Below are positions 1 through 8,868 of a stretch of 14,796 nt of DNA, in pieces. Each line of letters begins with the position of its first letter. Position 1 is the first letter of the stretch. The stretch covers positions 1 through 14,796 of the forward strand of contig JBHLPF010000055.1 of NCBI GenBank assembly GCA_048939765.1, given 5' to 3'. Below the pieces are notes generated by a model. It worked only from the letters and a program-made list of their open reading frames with translations. It ran no database searches and had not been told where the DNA came from. Source of the stretch: Promethearchaeota archaeon (GTDB lineage: Archaea; Asgardarchaeota; Thorarchaeia; Thorarchaeales; Thorarchaeaceae). Both the position numbers and the translations under genes were made by a program.

Positions 1-735
1 GGTGCTAGAGGTCCTCTGGTTTCAGCCTTCATTATCTATCATGTGAATTATGGAAGGGCGGGTTCTAAGGCATTACTGAAGAAAGTGCTGAACTGGCGGG
101 TGGCACTCCCCTGGTATATCCTTGCATTTGGCCTACCAATTCTCATCAAGTACGGTGCCTTCTACTTCAATGTCTGGTTCTTGGGGGGGACGTTCATACC
201 AGATCTTGAAACAGCGTCAATATTGACTATCCTCATGACATTCGGATCGGAGCTGATACCAACAGGAGGGCAGGAAGAAGTCGGTTGGACTGGTTTTGCA
301 CAGCTACGACTTCAACAACATACATCAGTTGTCAATGCGACTCTAATCAAGGCACTACTCGGCTGGATCTGGCATCTACCATTGTATCTAGTCTTCCCAT
401 GGGACAGCTCTTTTGGAAGCAACATCTGGCTATTCCTATTTTTCTATATCGCTATTGCTTTCATTCTGACTTGGCTATTCAATAATACAAATAGCGTTCT
501 TATTCCAGCGTTATTCCATGCCTCGTTCAACACAGTTGGATCATTTGCTCAGCTCTACTCCACATCTTTGGATGCCAGCACCCTCACTGTGGTCGTGATT
601 GGGCTACTCGCCTACATCATTGTTGTATTCGCCTTTGTGAAATTTGGGAAGAACCTAACCAGGAAGGAACTACCTCAGCTTGACGCAAATCGTCATCCCG
701 ACGAGTTCGAGTCTAGAAAGGCAGCATCGACTTGA
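1..735 (+). CDS. CPBP (Abi/CAAX type II) family intramembrane glutamic endopeptidase, 5' end outside window
   Basis: Frame is open from base 1 (GARGPLVSAF...). Multiple TM helices and motifs GGQEEVGWTG, WIWHLP and LFHASFN, plus the 'LTWLFNNTNSVL' segment typical of CPBP proteins. Confidence 0.9.
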   Translation, partial: GARGPLVSAFIIYHVNYGRAGSKALLKKVLNWRVALPWYILAFGLPILIKYGAFYFNVWFLGGTFIPDLETASILTILMTFGSELIPTGGQEEVGWTGFAQLRLQQHTSVVNATLIKALLGWIWHLPLYLVFPWDSSFGSNIWLFLFFYIAIAFILTWLFNNTNSVLIPALFHASFNTVGSFAQLYSTSLDASTLTVVVIGLLAYIIVVFAFVKFGKNLTRKELPQLDANRHPDEFESRKAAST

Positions 736-751
736 GCCCAAGTCCAATAAA

Positions 752-771
752 TCCTCCTTTACAAAAGGGGA
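752..771. terminator. Possible short hairpin between convergent genes
   Basis: TCC(T)CCTTT-ACA-AAAGGGGA, 8 bp with one bulge, 16 nt after the CPBP stop. Confidence 0.3.
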
Positions 772-993
772 CAGGTCCTAGTCACGTCAATCATGTAATT
801 TCTTGAGTGAGCTAATCGAATCCATAACCTCTGCATCTTAAATCATTTGCAATTCTATCCGGAAACCATCAGATTATGTACTCTGGCTATTTTTGGGGAT
901 GCCGAGGAGTTTGCTAATCTCACGCTTCGAGTATTCCTCGAGATTCTTAGCTCCTGAGTTTTTCGTGGCATCTGATAGCAGGGAAATTATCCA

Positions 994-2349
994 CTACCTG
1001 AGGAGTGGGATTATAGGGTCTGTCAGTTTCTCAAACACATGAGCTGTTGCCGTCCCTATGGTCCCATTTCTTCTGAGAAGATGTTGTATGAGTCCTTTGT
1101 TCTTCGCAAAATTCAATTTAGCTTCAGAGAAATCGCCTGAGAAATTGAGCTGGTGTCTACTTGCCTGGCCTCTCTGTTTTCTCCACTCAGGACGGGTGAT
1201 TCGGCCTCTGACTTTTGTGTATAGCCCTGTTCCAACTATGGGGTACGGAAAGGAGTATGACAGGTAGTCAAGTGACAATGAAGAAGAGAATCGTAATGTC
1301 TCTAGGAGGGAAGAGTTGGTTTCTCCAGGATAACCAAGAATAAAGAAACCTCCAGTTGCGATTCCAGCTCGCTGAACTAGATCAATAGACTTCATGACAT
1401 CGAGAGGGACTATCCGCTTATTCATGACTCTCAACATTCGTTCATCCCCAGATTCGATTCCGAAGAATATCTGCACACATCCTGCCTGAGCCATCTTCCT
1501 AGCAGTTCTTCGATTCAATCTGTCAGCTCTACTCAGACACATCCATTCAAGGTCGAGCTTTTCCTCGATCAGAATATCACAGATCTCATCCACTCGATTG
1601 AGATTCTGCGTGAAACAGTCGTCGGCGAAGAAGACTCTATCATAACCAAGTCCTTTTATCTCCCGCATCTCAGCGACAACGTTCGAAGCTGAACGCTCTC
1701 GGTAGCTCCTGCCGAAGATAGGGTTGCTGCAGAAATCGCAGAGGTATGGGCAACCTCTCGTTGTTATCTGGCTGGTCACAGTGTACCCATGGTGCTTTTG
1801 CCAGAAGCGTTTGTAGGATCGATTGGGAAAGAGGTCGCGAGCGGGGAATGGAATACTGTCTAGATCCATCTCGAAAGGACGTGGCTGATTGATGTGACAG
1901 GTTCCACCATCATTTGCGTATGCAATACCTAACACCTCTTTCCAAGAGGTGCCCGAAAGATGATGTTTCACAAGCTCAAGAAAAGTATGTTCTCCCTCAT
2001 GCAGTACAACAGCATCGAAGACATCCAAGAACTCTTCAGGGACAACACTAGGAAGCGGTCCACCTGCCACAAGAAGCTCCGCATCACCACGGAGTTGTCT
2101 AGCGAAGTCTGTGGCGTGATGGTTAATAGTGACCATCGAATAGATACCCACAATTCGAGGCCGCGCTTGTCTGATTACTCGTATAGCTTGCTCAGGTTTC
2201 GTAAAGGAGCAATCTAGAAGTCGAACAGATACACCGTTTGTTCGCAACACTGAGGCGAGATATCCCAGCCCCAATGGAGGATAGCGAAAGATGGAGCGAT
2301 CAAGCTCCTCGTTAAAGTAGGGAAATACTAGAACAACATCCACTCCCAC
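994..2349 (-). CDS. Cobalamin (B12)-binding domain radical SAM protein (class B, BchE/HpnP/HpnR-like superfamily), substrate unknown
   Basis: N-terminal YPPLGLGYLAS, VAGGP and EGE B12-binding-domain motifs. TRGCPYLCDFC gives the CxxxCxxC motif, followed by FADDCF, FFGIESG and FILGYPGET. The GTG start is preceded by GAGGTGA (2357-2363). Confidence 0.93.
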   Translation of the reverse strand: MGVDVVLVFPYFNEELDRSIFRYPPLGLGYLASVLRTNGVSVRLLDCSFTKPEQAIRVIRQARPRIVGIYSMVTINHHATDFARQLRGDAELLVAGGPLPSVVPEEFLDVFDAVVLHEGEHTFLELVKHHLSGTSWKEVLGIAYANDGGTCHINQPRPFEMDLDSIPFPARDLFPNRSYKRFWQKHHGYTVTSQITTRGCPYLCDFCSNPIFGRSYRERSASNVVAEMREIKGLGYDRVFFADDCFTQNLNRVDEICDILIEEKLDLEWMCLSRADRLNRRTARKMAQAGCVQIFFGIESGDERMLRVMNKRIVPLDVMKSIDLVQRAGIATGGFFILGYPGETNSSLLETLRFSSSLSLDYLSYSFPYPIVGTGLYTKVRGRITRPEWRKQRGQASRHQLNFSGDFSEAKLNFAKNKGLIQHLLRRNGTIGTATAHVFEKLTDPIIPLLR

Positions 2350-2352
2350 GAT

Positions 2353-3204
2353 TTAGTCACCTCTGAATTCGCTTGGTCCAACTGCGATATCATACTTCAG
2401 CTCACTACATGCTGGAGATAGCATGAAGATCACTCCACTCCAACAAATATCCCGCCCAATTATCTCTCTACCACGAAATGCTCTAATCCTATTGGGAATA
2501 TCTACTCGAAATCCGATATTCATAGCCGGAGATAAGAAAGCCGCCCATGCGGCATGGATTCTATCCCAACCACCAATCTCATCTCCTTTTAGCTTAATGC
2601 CAGAACTGTCTGTATAGACATCAAAGTAACTTCCACCAAGTTCATTGGACACATAGATGTGCTGAAGACCTGAAACATCAATTCCCGAGAAGTCCAATTT
2701 CACAGTGATGACACCGGTGTCCGCATTCAGCCGATATGCCGCTAGGATAGAGCCTTTGCTCTTCACTCTGAAGAAAACAGAGGGATCAGAGTCGGGTGCA
2801 TTGAAACCTAATCTACTCGTCATAAGCTGTAGGATTCTTCTCCCTTGAGGAGACTTGTAGGCTCTGTTGTACATCCTCTGAAAGACCCACGAGAACGAAT
2901 TGATTGATTCAGAATCCTGTTGTTGGCGTCTATCAATCAGATTCATACTGAAGCACTTCCATGCGTTGTCGCCTCTGACTCTACCTTCTTCCGACACCAC
3001 AGCGGTTCCTGGAAAATAGAAGTCCCTCTTGTACTGGAGAATAGGCACACCAAAACCAACTCCCTCTTCACACATTTCAGCAAGATTGCCTGATGCGCTT
3101 GGGAGGAGGCCCTTTTGCACGGGAGAGGATTTACCGAGATGCGGCCAGAGATCTCTCGTCAAGTAATATGATAGCACTGAATCTGGCTTCGCCTCTCGTT
3201 CCAT
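2353..3204 (-). CDS. Hypothetical soluble beta-rich protein, likely co-transcribed with the radical SAM gene
   Basis: 283-aa ORF ending 3 nt before the radical SAM start, with the SD of that gene inside its 3' end. Motif-like segments QKGL, EEGVGFGVPI, NELGG and FRGRE. Confidence 0.8.
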   Translation of the reverse strand: MEREAKPDSVLSYYLTRDLWPHLGKSSPVQKGLLPSASGNLAEMCEEGVGFGVPILQYKRDFYFPGTAVVSEEGRVRGDNAWKCFSMNLIDRRQQQDSESINSFSWVFQRMYNRAYKSPQGRRILQLMTSRLGFNAPDSDPSVFFRVKSKGSILAAYRLNADTGVITVKLDFSGIDVSGLQHIYVSNELGGSYFDVYTDSSGIKLKGDEIGGWDRIHAAWAAFLSPAMNIGFRVDIPNRIRAFRGREIIGRDICWSGVIFMLSPACSELKYDIAVGPSEFRGD

Positions 3205-3388
3205 TCCAATTTCATGACTCCGAAGTCAAGTAAACTTGCCGATATGTCATTTGACCAGAGAGCTGGCTCCCAGAGTTCGCTCATTCCTTAAACTATGTTG
3301 AGAATTCAAGCTCAATCTTGAGAAATCATAATCAGTCTTTACGAGGCTATTTCTCTATTCGTGTCCATATTGAGCATAGTGGTCTATT

Positions 3389-3946
3389 ATGAATCAACAA
3401 GAAGACGAACATTCGTTTGAATACGTGGAACAGGAAGTCCGAAAGAGAAAGTTCGGTGTGCTCAGTGTTGTTGACTCAAAGGGTCGACCTCACTCAACAG
3501 GAATCATCTATAGTGTTTCAAGCCCGGATTCAGAATTGGCATTCTATATCGTGACGCAGAAGAATGCTGCAAAGGTCAGACACCTCAAGAAGAATCCAAA
3601 TGTCACGCTGACTGTGACGTTTCCGCATTACTATCTCAGGTTTGTACCTGACAGCTATGTGATGTTCAGAGGAACCGCAGACTTTGTGACGCTTGATGAT
3701 GAAGATGCTCAATGGGCGTTCTCGCAGGGGAAACTCTTGCGTGAGAATCTTCAGGTCGACTCAGAAGTGATGACGGATGTAGTGGTGATCAGGATAAGAC
3801 CCCGCAAGACTGTCTATGTCTATGGACTGGGTATCAGCATGAACCAGCTGAGGAAAGATCCGACTGCTGCTCGCTACAAAGTCAGGATTCCTACCGATAG
3901 GTTTGGGAGTCCTGAAGAATCTCAATTGGTCACTGTGGAGGTCTAA
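3389..3946 (+). CDS. Pyridoxamine 5'-phosphate oxidase-like (FMN/F420-binding split barrel) protein
   Basis: FGVLSVVDSKGRPHST, KVRHLKKNPNVTLTV and VMFRGTA match the PNPOx_N pattern. Confidence 0.85.
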   Translation: MNQQEDEHSFEYVEQEVRKRKFGVLSVVDSKGRPHSTGIIYSVSSPDSELAFYIVTQKNAAKVRHLKKNPNVTLTVTFPHYYLRFVPDSYVMFRGTADFVTLDDEDAQWAFSQGKLLRENLQVDSEVMTDVVVIRIRPRKTVYVYGLGISMNQLRKDPTAARYKVRIPTDRFGSPEESQLVTVEV

Positions 3947-4780
3947 GTGTTGATTAGAGAGTGGGTTCGAAGACATGTGTTGCCCACCTATGTTCTTTTA
4001 GCCTACGGGCTGACCTGGCTTATTGCGCTCCCTCTTGCACTCTCCTATTATGGGATATTGGCGATAGAGGTGCCCTTTGCCATTCACTATCTCTTGCCAT
4101 TCGGGCCCATGGTCGCAGCTATTGGTACGACTTGGCTGGAAAGAGGCACTGATGGTGTCCGGGAGATTCTTGGAAGGATGACAAAATGGCGTGTCAGGCC
4201 AGTATGGATAGTTGTTGCTGTCTTCTCAGTGTGGGCGCTCTACGTCATCTCCGGGATAATCATCGTGATGACGGGACAGTCCTGGCCTGACATCAGCCTG
4301 TTTGGGCAGGTCATGTACATGCCATACTTGACTGTCGTAGGCACTTGGCCACTCTGGGTCTTCACATACGGTCTCGGAGAAGAAACCGGTTGGAGAGGCT
4401 TTCTACTTCCTCAGCTTCAAGGGAAGTACAGCGCATTGACAGCCGCATTGATGGTCAGCATAATCTGGGCCGGATGGCACTTTCCGATGTTTCTCTATGA
4501 TGAGAATCTCATGGCGCTTGGACCAGTTGGCACCGTCTTCTGGGCGATTGGCCTGATGTTTGGATCGATTTTGCTGACTTGGCTGTACAACAGCAGTGAA
4601 GGGAGCATCCTGATGACTGCTCTTTGGCATGGCACCTTCAACCTGTTCACAGGAGCTGCAGGGCAGGCAGCAGGACTCGCTGCGGGAATAATCAGCATGT
4701 TTGTGATGATATGGGTTGTAATCATAATCGTGGTATACAGACCCAGGCACCTTTCTCGTCATGAGAGGCAGACAAGGTAA
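3947..4780 (+). CDS. CPBP (Abi/CAAX type II) family intramembrane glutamic endopeptidase
   Basis: Canonical GEETGWRG, WAGWHFP and LWHGTFN motifs, about 8 TM helices. The GTG start directly abuts the upstream TAA. Confidence 0.93.
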   Translation: MLIREWVRRHVLPTYVLLAYGLTWLIALPLALSYYGILAIEVPFAIHYLLPFGPMVAAIGTTWLERGTDGVREILGRMTKWRVRPVWIVVAVFSVWALYVISGIIIVMTGQSWPDISLFGQVMYMPYLTVVGTWPLWVFTYGLGEETGWRGFLLPQLQGKYSALTAALMVSIIWAGWHFPMFLYDENLMALGPVGTVFWAIGLMFGSILLTWLYNSSEGSILMTALWHGTFNLFTGAAGQAAGLAAGIISMFVMIWVVIIIVVYRPRHLSRHERQTR

Positions 4781-4830
4781 GAAAAGAGGACTTGAATTCG
4801 AGAGAGATTCATCTCTCTCATCCTTTTCTC
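4781..4830 (+). terminator. Hairpin plus pyrimidine tract after the PNPOx-CPBP operon
   Basis: GAGAGAGA-TTCA-TCTCTCTC (4800-4819) followed by TCCTTTTCTC, which can also pair with GAAAAGAGGA (4781-4790). Confidence 0.55.
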
Positions 4831-4868
4831 AATCCGGATGTACTAGGAAGCAATCCTCCTCGGTGCGT

Positions 4869-4878
4869 ATGGTTAAAT
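4869..4878 (+). promoter_or_regulatory. Putative TATA box for the 4914 gene
   Basis: ATGGTTAAAT about 36 nt before the GTG start. The same 10-mer recurs intergenically at 7641-7650. Confidence 0.4.
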
Positions 4879-4913
4879 CCCTAGCTGAGGTATAGGTATC
4901 TGGGGAGACATTC

Positions 4914-5753
4914 GTGCAATTCAATCCATTTCTCGCATATCTTCAGCTCGGAGTACCAATCCTGGGTATCGGTATTCTTCTCACTATTTTGTGGGTGGTC
5001 GCGACGCGGAGGTATCGCGCTGAGCGCCTGACAGCAGACCAGACTACTACTCTCGGTAACCTAGGAAAGAAGATTGCCAATACACAGTTTCTGACATTCA
5101 AAATTGCTTGGTCTGTCACACTGGCGGTGGGATCCCTCTTCGTATTGATGTCCTTCTTGATGTCCTTCTTTGAACAGTTGGGTTACGAGAACATTATACT
5201 ACCGTTGCTTGTTTTCGCGCTGGGGTTGATCGTAATCGAAGGCCTATTCTATGGTGCTACTGTCAGAGGGCGTGCCATCTTATGGAGAGGGAGGATAATA
5301 AGCAACTACGTGGAATACGGACATCAAGAGTGGGTGATTCAGAAACGCCTAGCAGAACTGGTGAGAGAAAAAGAGGGCTCTGACAGATTTCGTGCCAATA
5401 TCGCCCAGAGAACCCTTGAAAGCCTGATGGTACGGGAGGACATGACCGGGGATGCAGTTCGCAGGATTATGGCCGACCCCACAGGACCGATTGATAGATT
5501 CGAGGACCAGAACATTCCCAGTCTTCTCTCGCAGTTCAAGGTTTCGATTTCCCTGACGGTCTTGATCTATGCTGCAGTGCCCGTCATGGCATGGGGACTT
5601 GCTGTCGGACTCATCTCAGACCTGGCAACCTCGACCCGGTTAATCATAGCTATCATCGGACTCCTAACGGTGTCACTATGCAGCTTCTTCATTGAAGGCT
5701 ATATCGCGATTAAGAAGCGGCGTCGACTTCAACGAAAGATGGCCTCATCCTGA
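4914..5753 (+). CDS. Hypothetical membrane protein (about 5 TM, central soluble helical domain)
   Basis: 279-aa ORF with hydrophobic segments and a basic C-terminus. GGGGAG SD-like motif upstream. Confidence 0.8.
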   Translation: MQFNPFLAYLQLGVPILGIGILLTILWVVATRRYRAERLTADQTTTLGNLGKKIANTQFLTFKIAWSVTLAVGSLFVLMSFLMSFFEQLGYENIILPLLVFALGLIVIEGLFYGATVRGRAILWRGRIISNYVEYGHQEWVIQKRLAELVREKEGSDRFRANIAQRTLESLMVREDMTGDAVRRIMADPTGPIDRFEDQNIPSLLSQFKVSISLTVLIYAAVPVMAWGLAVGLISDLATSTRLIIAIIGLLTVSLCSFFIEGYIAIKKRRRLQRKMASS

Positions 5754-5838
5754 AGCTGCTCTGCATCGGAACAGATTTCAATCACCTCTCCGTATGCAAG
5801 AAACTCGGTTTCACAATCAAACTACTGAGGTCTTTCGC

Positions 5839-7113
5839 GTGTCTGAACAAGTCAAGGTCTTTCGGTATCGGTGGGCGGTGTTGCTTGTGTTCGGTCTGAT
5901 CTTTATGATCGGACAGATGATGTGGCTGGTATTCTCCCTAATCCGGAACGAGGTCACGCCTGTGCTTGGACTGCCTGCAGGGGACCCGGGCGTCGTGCTC
6001 CTCACTGCCTCGCAGCCCCTGGCCTTCATAATTCTCTCAATCCCAGTGGGACTGCTTGCTGACAGAAAGGGGCTGGTAATTGTTGCTGGCCTTGGTTCAA
6101 TAATTCAGGCTCTGTTTGGCACACTCAGGATATTCATCATCAATGACTTCACCATGATATTCATTGCCCAATTTGGACTATCAGTAGGATCCGTCATGAT
6201 TCAGAACTGCATTGTGTACTTGAGCGTCAGCTGGTTTCCAAAGGGTGAACGAGGACTAGCAACCGGAATAAGCACTCTCTTTATGCTTCTTGGAATGCTC
6301 TTGGGTACTGCACTGAGCATGATTCTCTGGAACGCTCCTCTGTATGGCGACCCTGGTTATACGGTGGCTCTCGCACAGGCGAACCTGGTCTGGATACTGC
6401 AGATTGATGCGGCATTGGCCATAATACTCACAGTGGTCTTTTTTGCCGTCGCAAGAGACAAGCCTCCACAACCTCCAGACATAGACGTTCTGGCAGAGGC
6501 GACTCCAAGTGTCAGGGCGATGCTCAGGGACAGAAACGTATGGATTGTTGCATTCGGTTTCTTCGGGGGCTTCGGCATATTCATCGGTCTGACAGCCATC
6601 GTCGAGGAGCTTCTCCTGAGCCTTGGAATTCCAGTCGCTGCAGGTCTCGGAAGCCCAGCAATAGTCATGATACTCCTTCTGACGTTTGGAATAATTGGCG
6701 CTGTGGTTGTGCCTGGAATATCGGACAAGGTTCAGAGGAGGAAACCATTCCTCATAGTCGCAATGGTGGTCGGTACCATTGCAACCCTCATTCTGGGGAC
6801 AAGCACGATGCTTGAGCTCACTTACGTCTCATCCGCGATTCTAGGATTCTTCCTAATTGCAGTGATGCCCATAGCTCTCTCCGTGGTGGAAGAGTTTGAA
6901 ACCGTGGGGCCAGAGCTGTCAGGTGCGAGCACAGGGCTAGCATTCTGGTTTGGCAATCTAGGTGGCTTCCTCGGATCAATTCTTCTTGAGGTATTCAGGG
7001 TGGGAACATCATACTTCTATTCAGTGCTCTATCTAGTCATAGTAATGGGCATAGCGACTCTGTTGATCCTTACAATTCCCGAAACAGGAGGAGGGCACAG
7101 AGAACACCCATAG
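5839..7113 (+). CDS. MFS transporter (12 TM, FLVCR/SLC49-like N-terminus)
   Basis: Motif A 'GLLADRKG' and its repeat 'GISDKVQRRK', 'WFPKGERGLATG', and N-terminal KVFRYRWAVL. Start moved to GTG 5839, which follows GAGGT. Confidence 0.92.
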   Translation: MSEQVKVFRYRWAVLLVFGLIFMIGQMMWLVFSLIRNEVTPVLGLPAGDPGVVLLTASQPLAFIILSIPVGLLADRKGLVIVAGLGSIIQALFGTLRIFIINDFTMIFIAQFGLSVGSVMIQNCIVYLSVSWFPKGERGLATGISTLFMLLGMLLGTALSMILWNAPLYGDPGYTVALAQANLVWILQIDAALAIILTVVFFAVARDKPPQPPDIDVLAEATPSVRAMLRDRNVWIVAFGFFGGFGIFIGLTAIVEELLLSLGIPVAAGLGSPAIVMILLLTFGIIGAVVVPGISDKVQRRKPFLIVAMVVGTIATLILGTSTMLELTYVSSAILGFFLIAVMPIALSVVEEFETVGPELSGASTGLAFWFGNLGGFLGSILLEVFRVGTSYFYSVLYLVIVMGIATLLILTIPETGGGHREHP

Positions 7114-7229
7114 CGTTCCTTTCCTTTCAACAAAGATCTCCGAGATTCAGGGGCCATAACTGTCCCATGCTCAGGTTTTTCAGCGTTGGGGCAGTATTGC
7201 TTTGCGTTAGCGTGAAGAGAGGCGTCTTA

Positions 7230-7607
7230 ATGAACCCGAATTCTAAACGTGAGATTGCCTTATCATTTTTCGACCTTATAGCTACAGGGAGAATTCGTGA
7301 ATGGTTTGACGAACACACGAATGAAGACCTTATACACCACAACCAGTACTTCAAGGGAGACCGAGAAACTCTGATACAGGCTATCGAAGAAGATGCAAGA
7401 GCTAATCCTGACAAGAGAGTAGAGGTCAAGATGAGTCTTGAAGATGGAGATCTTGTGTCCACTTATTCTCATGTTCAGCAAAATCCAGATGACCCTGGGT
7501 TTGCACTGATGCATATATTCCGATTCAAGGGCTCCACCATCGTGGAGATGTGGGACATGCATCATGCTGTTATGACAGACTCTCCTAACGAGCATGGGAT
7601 GTTTTGA
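7230..7607 (+). CDS. SnoaL-like / NTF2-fold protein
   Basis: LIHHNQYFKGDRE, EDGDLV and HIFRFKGSTIVEMWD. Start moved to ATG 7230, which follows GAGAGG. Confidence 0.88.
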   Translation: MNPNSKREIALSFFDLIATGRIREWFDEHTNEDLIHHNQYFKGDRETLIQAIEEDARANPDKRVEVKMSLEDGDLVSTYSHVQQNPDDPGFALMHIFRFKGSTIVEMWDMHHAVMTDSPNEHGMF

Positions 7608-7763
7608 CGAAGGATTCAGCTGGAGCGTATCCACCACTTCATGGTTAAATGTCACAGTCAACGCTTGAAGCATAACGGACTGATTATATGCCTGAACGAT
7701 TCATTTGGGACTGCGGTCATTCCCAGGACTGCCAGTCTAGAAGAAGAACTGAAGGGACTTCCA

Positions 7764-8237
7764 ATGTCTGATAAGAGGGAAATGCTGCGACATTTCATCG
7801 CATCCATTGCATACCATGCAACAAAGGCAATACAAGACGCACCATCTGGATATCCGGAATTCAATTCGGGTCAGGAGGCAAGGACGCCAAGACAGATCCT
7901 GCATCATATGACAGGCGTGCTCTCATATGCACATAGCTTCTTCGAAGAGTATGACACGACCTACTTCGAACACAAGTCATGGGATGCTGAGAAGGCACAC
8001 TTCTATGAGACCCTCTCGAGGCTGGATACATCACTCAAAGAGAAGGGCCCTAGAGATATGTCTGAGGAGCAACTGCTTCAAGGTCCGCTGTCAGACACTA
8101 TGGCGCATATAGGCCAGCTGCTAATGTTGAGAAGACTTGTTGGTTCTCCTGTACCCTCTGAGAACTTTATCTTCGCAGACATTCGCAAGGGAGCCGTAGG
8201 TTCAGACCAACCTCCACCTGTAGCACCCGACGAATGA
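7764..8237 (+). CDS. DinB/YfiT-like four-helix-bundle protein
   Basis: RTPRQILHHM ... DTMAHIGQLLMLRRLVG, the His pattern of the DinB superfamily. Start moved to ATG 7764. Confidence 0.8.
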   Translation: MSDKREMLRHFIASIAYHATKAIQDAPSGYPEFNSGQEARTPRQILHHMTGVLSYAHSFFEEYDTTYFEHKSWDAEKAHFYETLSRLDTSLKEKGPRDMSEEQLLQGPLSDTMAHIGQLLMLRRLVGSPVPSENFIFADIRKGAVGSDQPPPVAPDE

Positions 8238-8392
8238 TAAAACCAATCAGTGATGCTGCATCATTTGATATAAAGCAAGAAGGCCATAGAATTCTTGGGA
8301 TGCGATCCATTCACCTTCACAGATATCACAGTGATGCTTGTGGCCCATGTTTTGTTCCATCTTCTGTTTGGTGTATTCTTTCTTTGAACAAG

Positions 8393-8740
8393 CTATCCAG
8401 TTTTCGATGCCTTCAAAAAATAGTACACCAGCGAAATTATGAAGAGGAAAAGACCTCCGAGGTGAATCACAGTAATCGTCCACCACTCAATCGCCACGGC
8501 TTCGGGTGGGGCCCCCCAGTTACCCGAGAACAAATCCCTAAGGTAATAGAAGAACTGTATGTATATGGGCTGGTCAAGTCCATGTTGAGCAATGATCCCG
8601 GGAATTGCAGATGGAGGCGTTGTTTCATCGATGAACATTGTAATAGGATTTCCAACAACATAAGCCAGATTGAACGTCGCAAGTAGTCCGCCTATGAATA
8701 GGACTATGCCAACTATGGCTAATTTTCCTGAGATATGCAA
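8393..8740 (-). CDS. Small 2-TM protein consisting of a DppB/OppB-type permease N-terminal domain only
   Basis: GNPI...HGLDQPIYIQFFYYLRDLFSGNWG matches the GDP...GLDxP..QY..YL..LL.GDLG signature. The TTG start follows GAGGGAG. No EAA-motif core. Confidence 0.7.
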   Translation of the reverse strand: MHISGKLAIVGIVLFIGGLLATFNLAYVVGNPITMFIDETTPPSAIPGIIAQHGLDQPIYIQFFYYLRDLFSGNWGAPPEAVAIEWWTITVIHLGGLFLFIISLVYYFLKASKTG

Positions 8741-8824
8741 AAGGCTCCCTCACCCAAGATATAGAATGCCTATCCGGATTAATTTTCCGCTTGCCTGTCG
8801 ATGCTAGATAGTTGAACAATGGAT

Positions 8825-8868
8825 CAAGAAAAGTAAATGTAACAATGCGGTTGGCATAAAGCAAGAAA
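8825..8868 (-). terminator. U-rich archaeal-type terminator region after the candidate ncRNA
   Basis: UUUCUUGCUUU begins at the last base of the closing helix, and UUUACUUUUCUUG follows further downstream. Confidence 0.5.
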
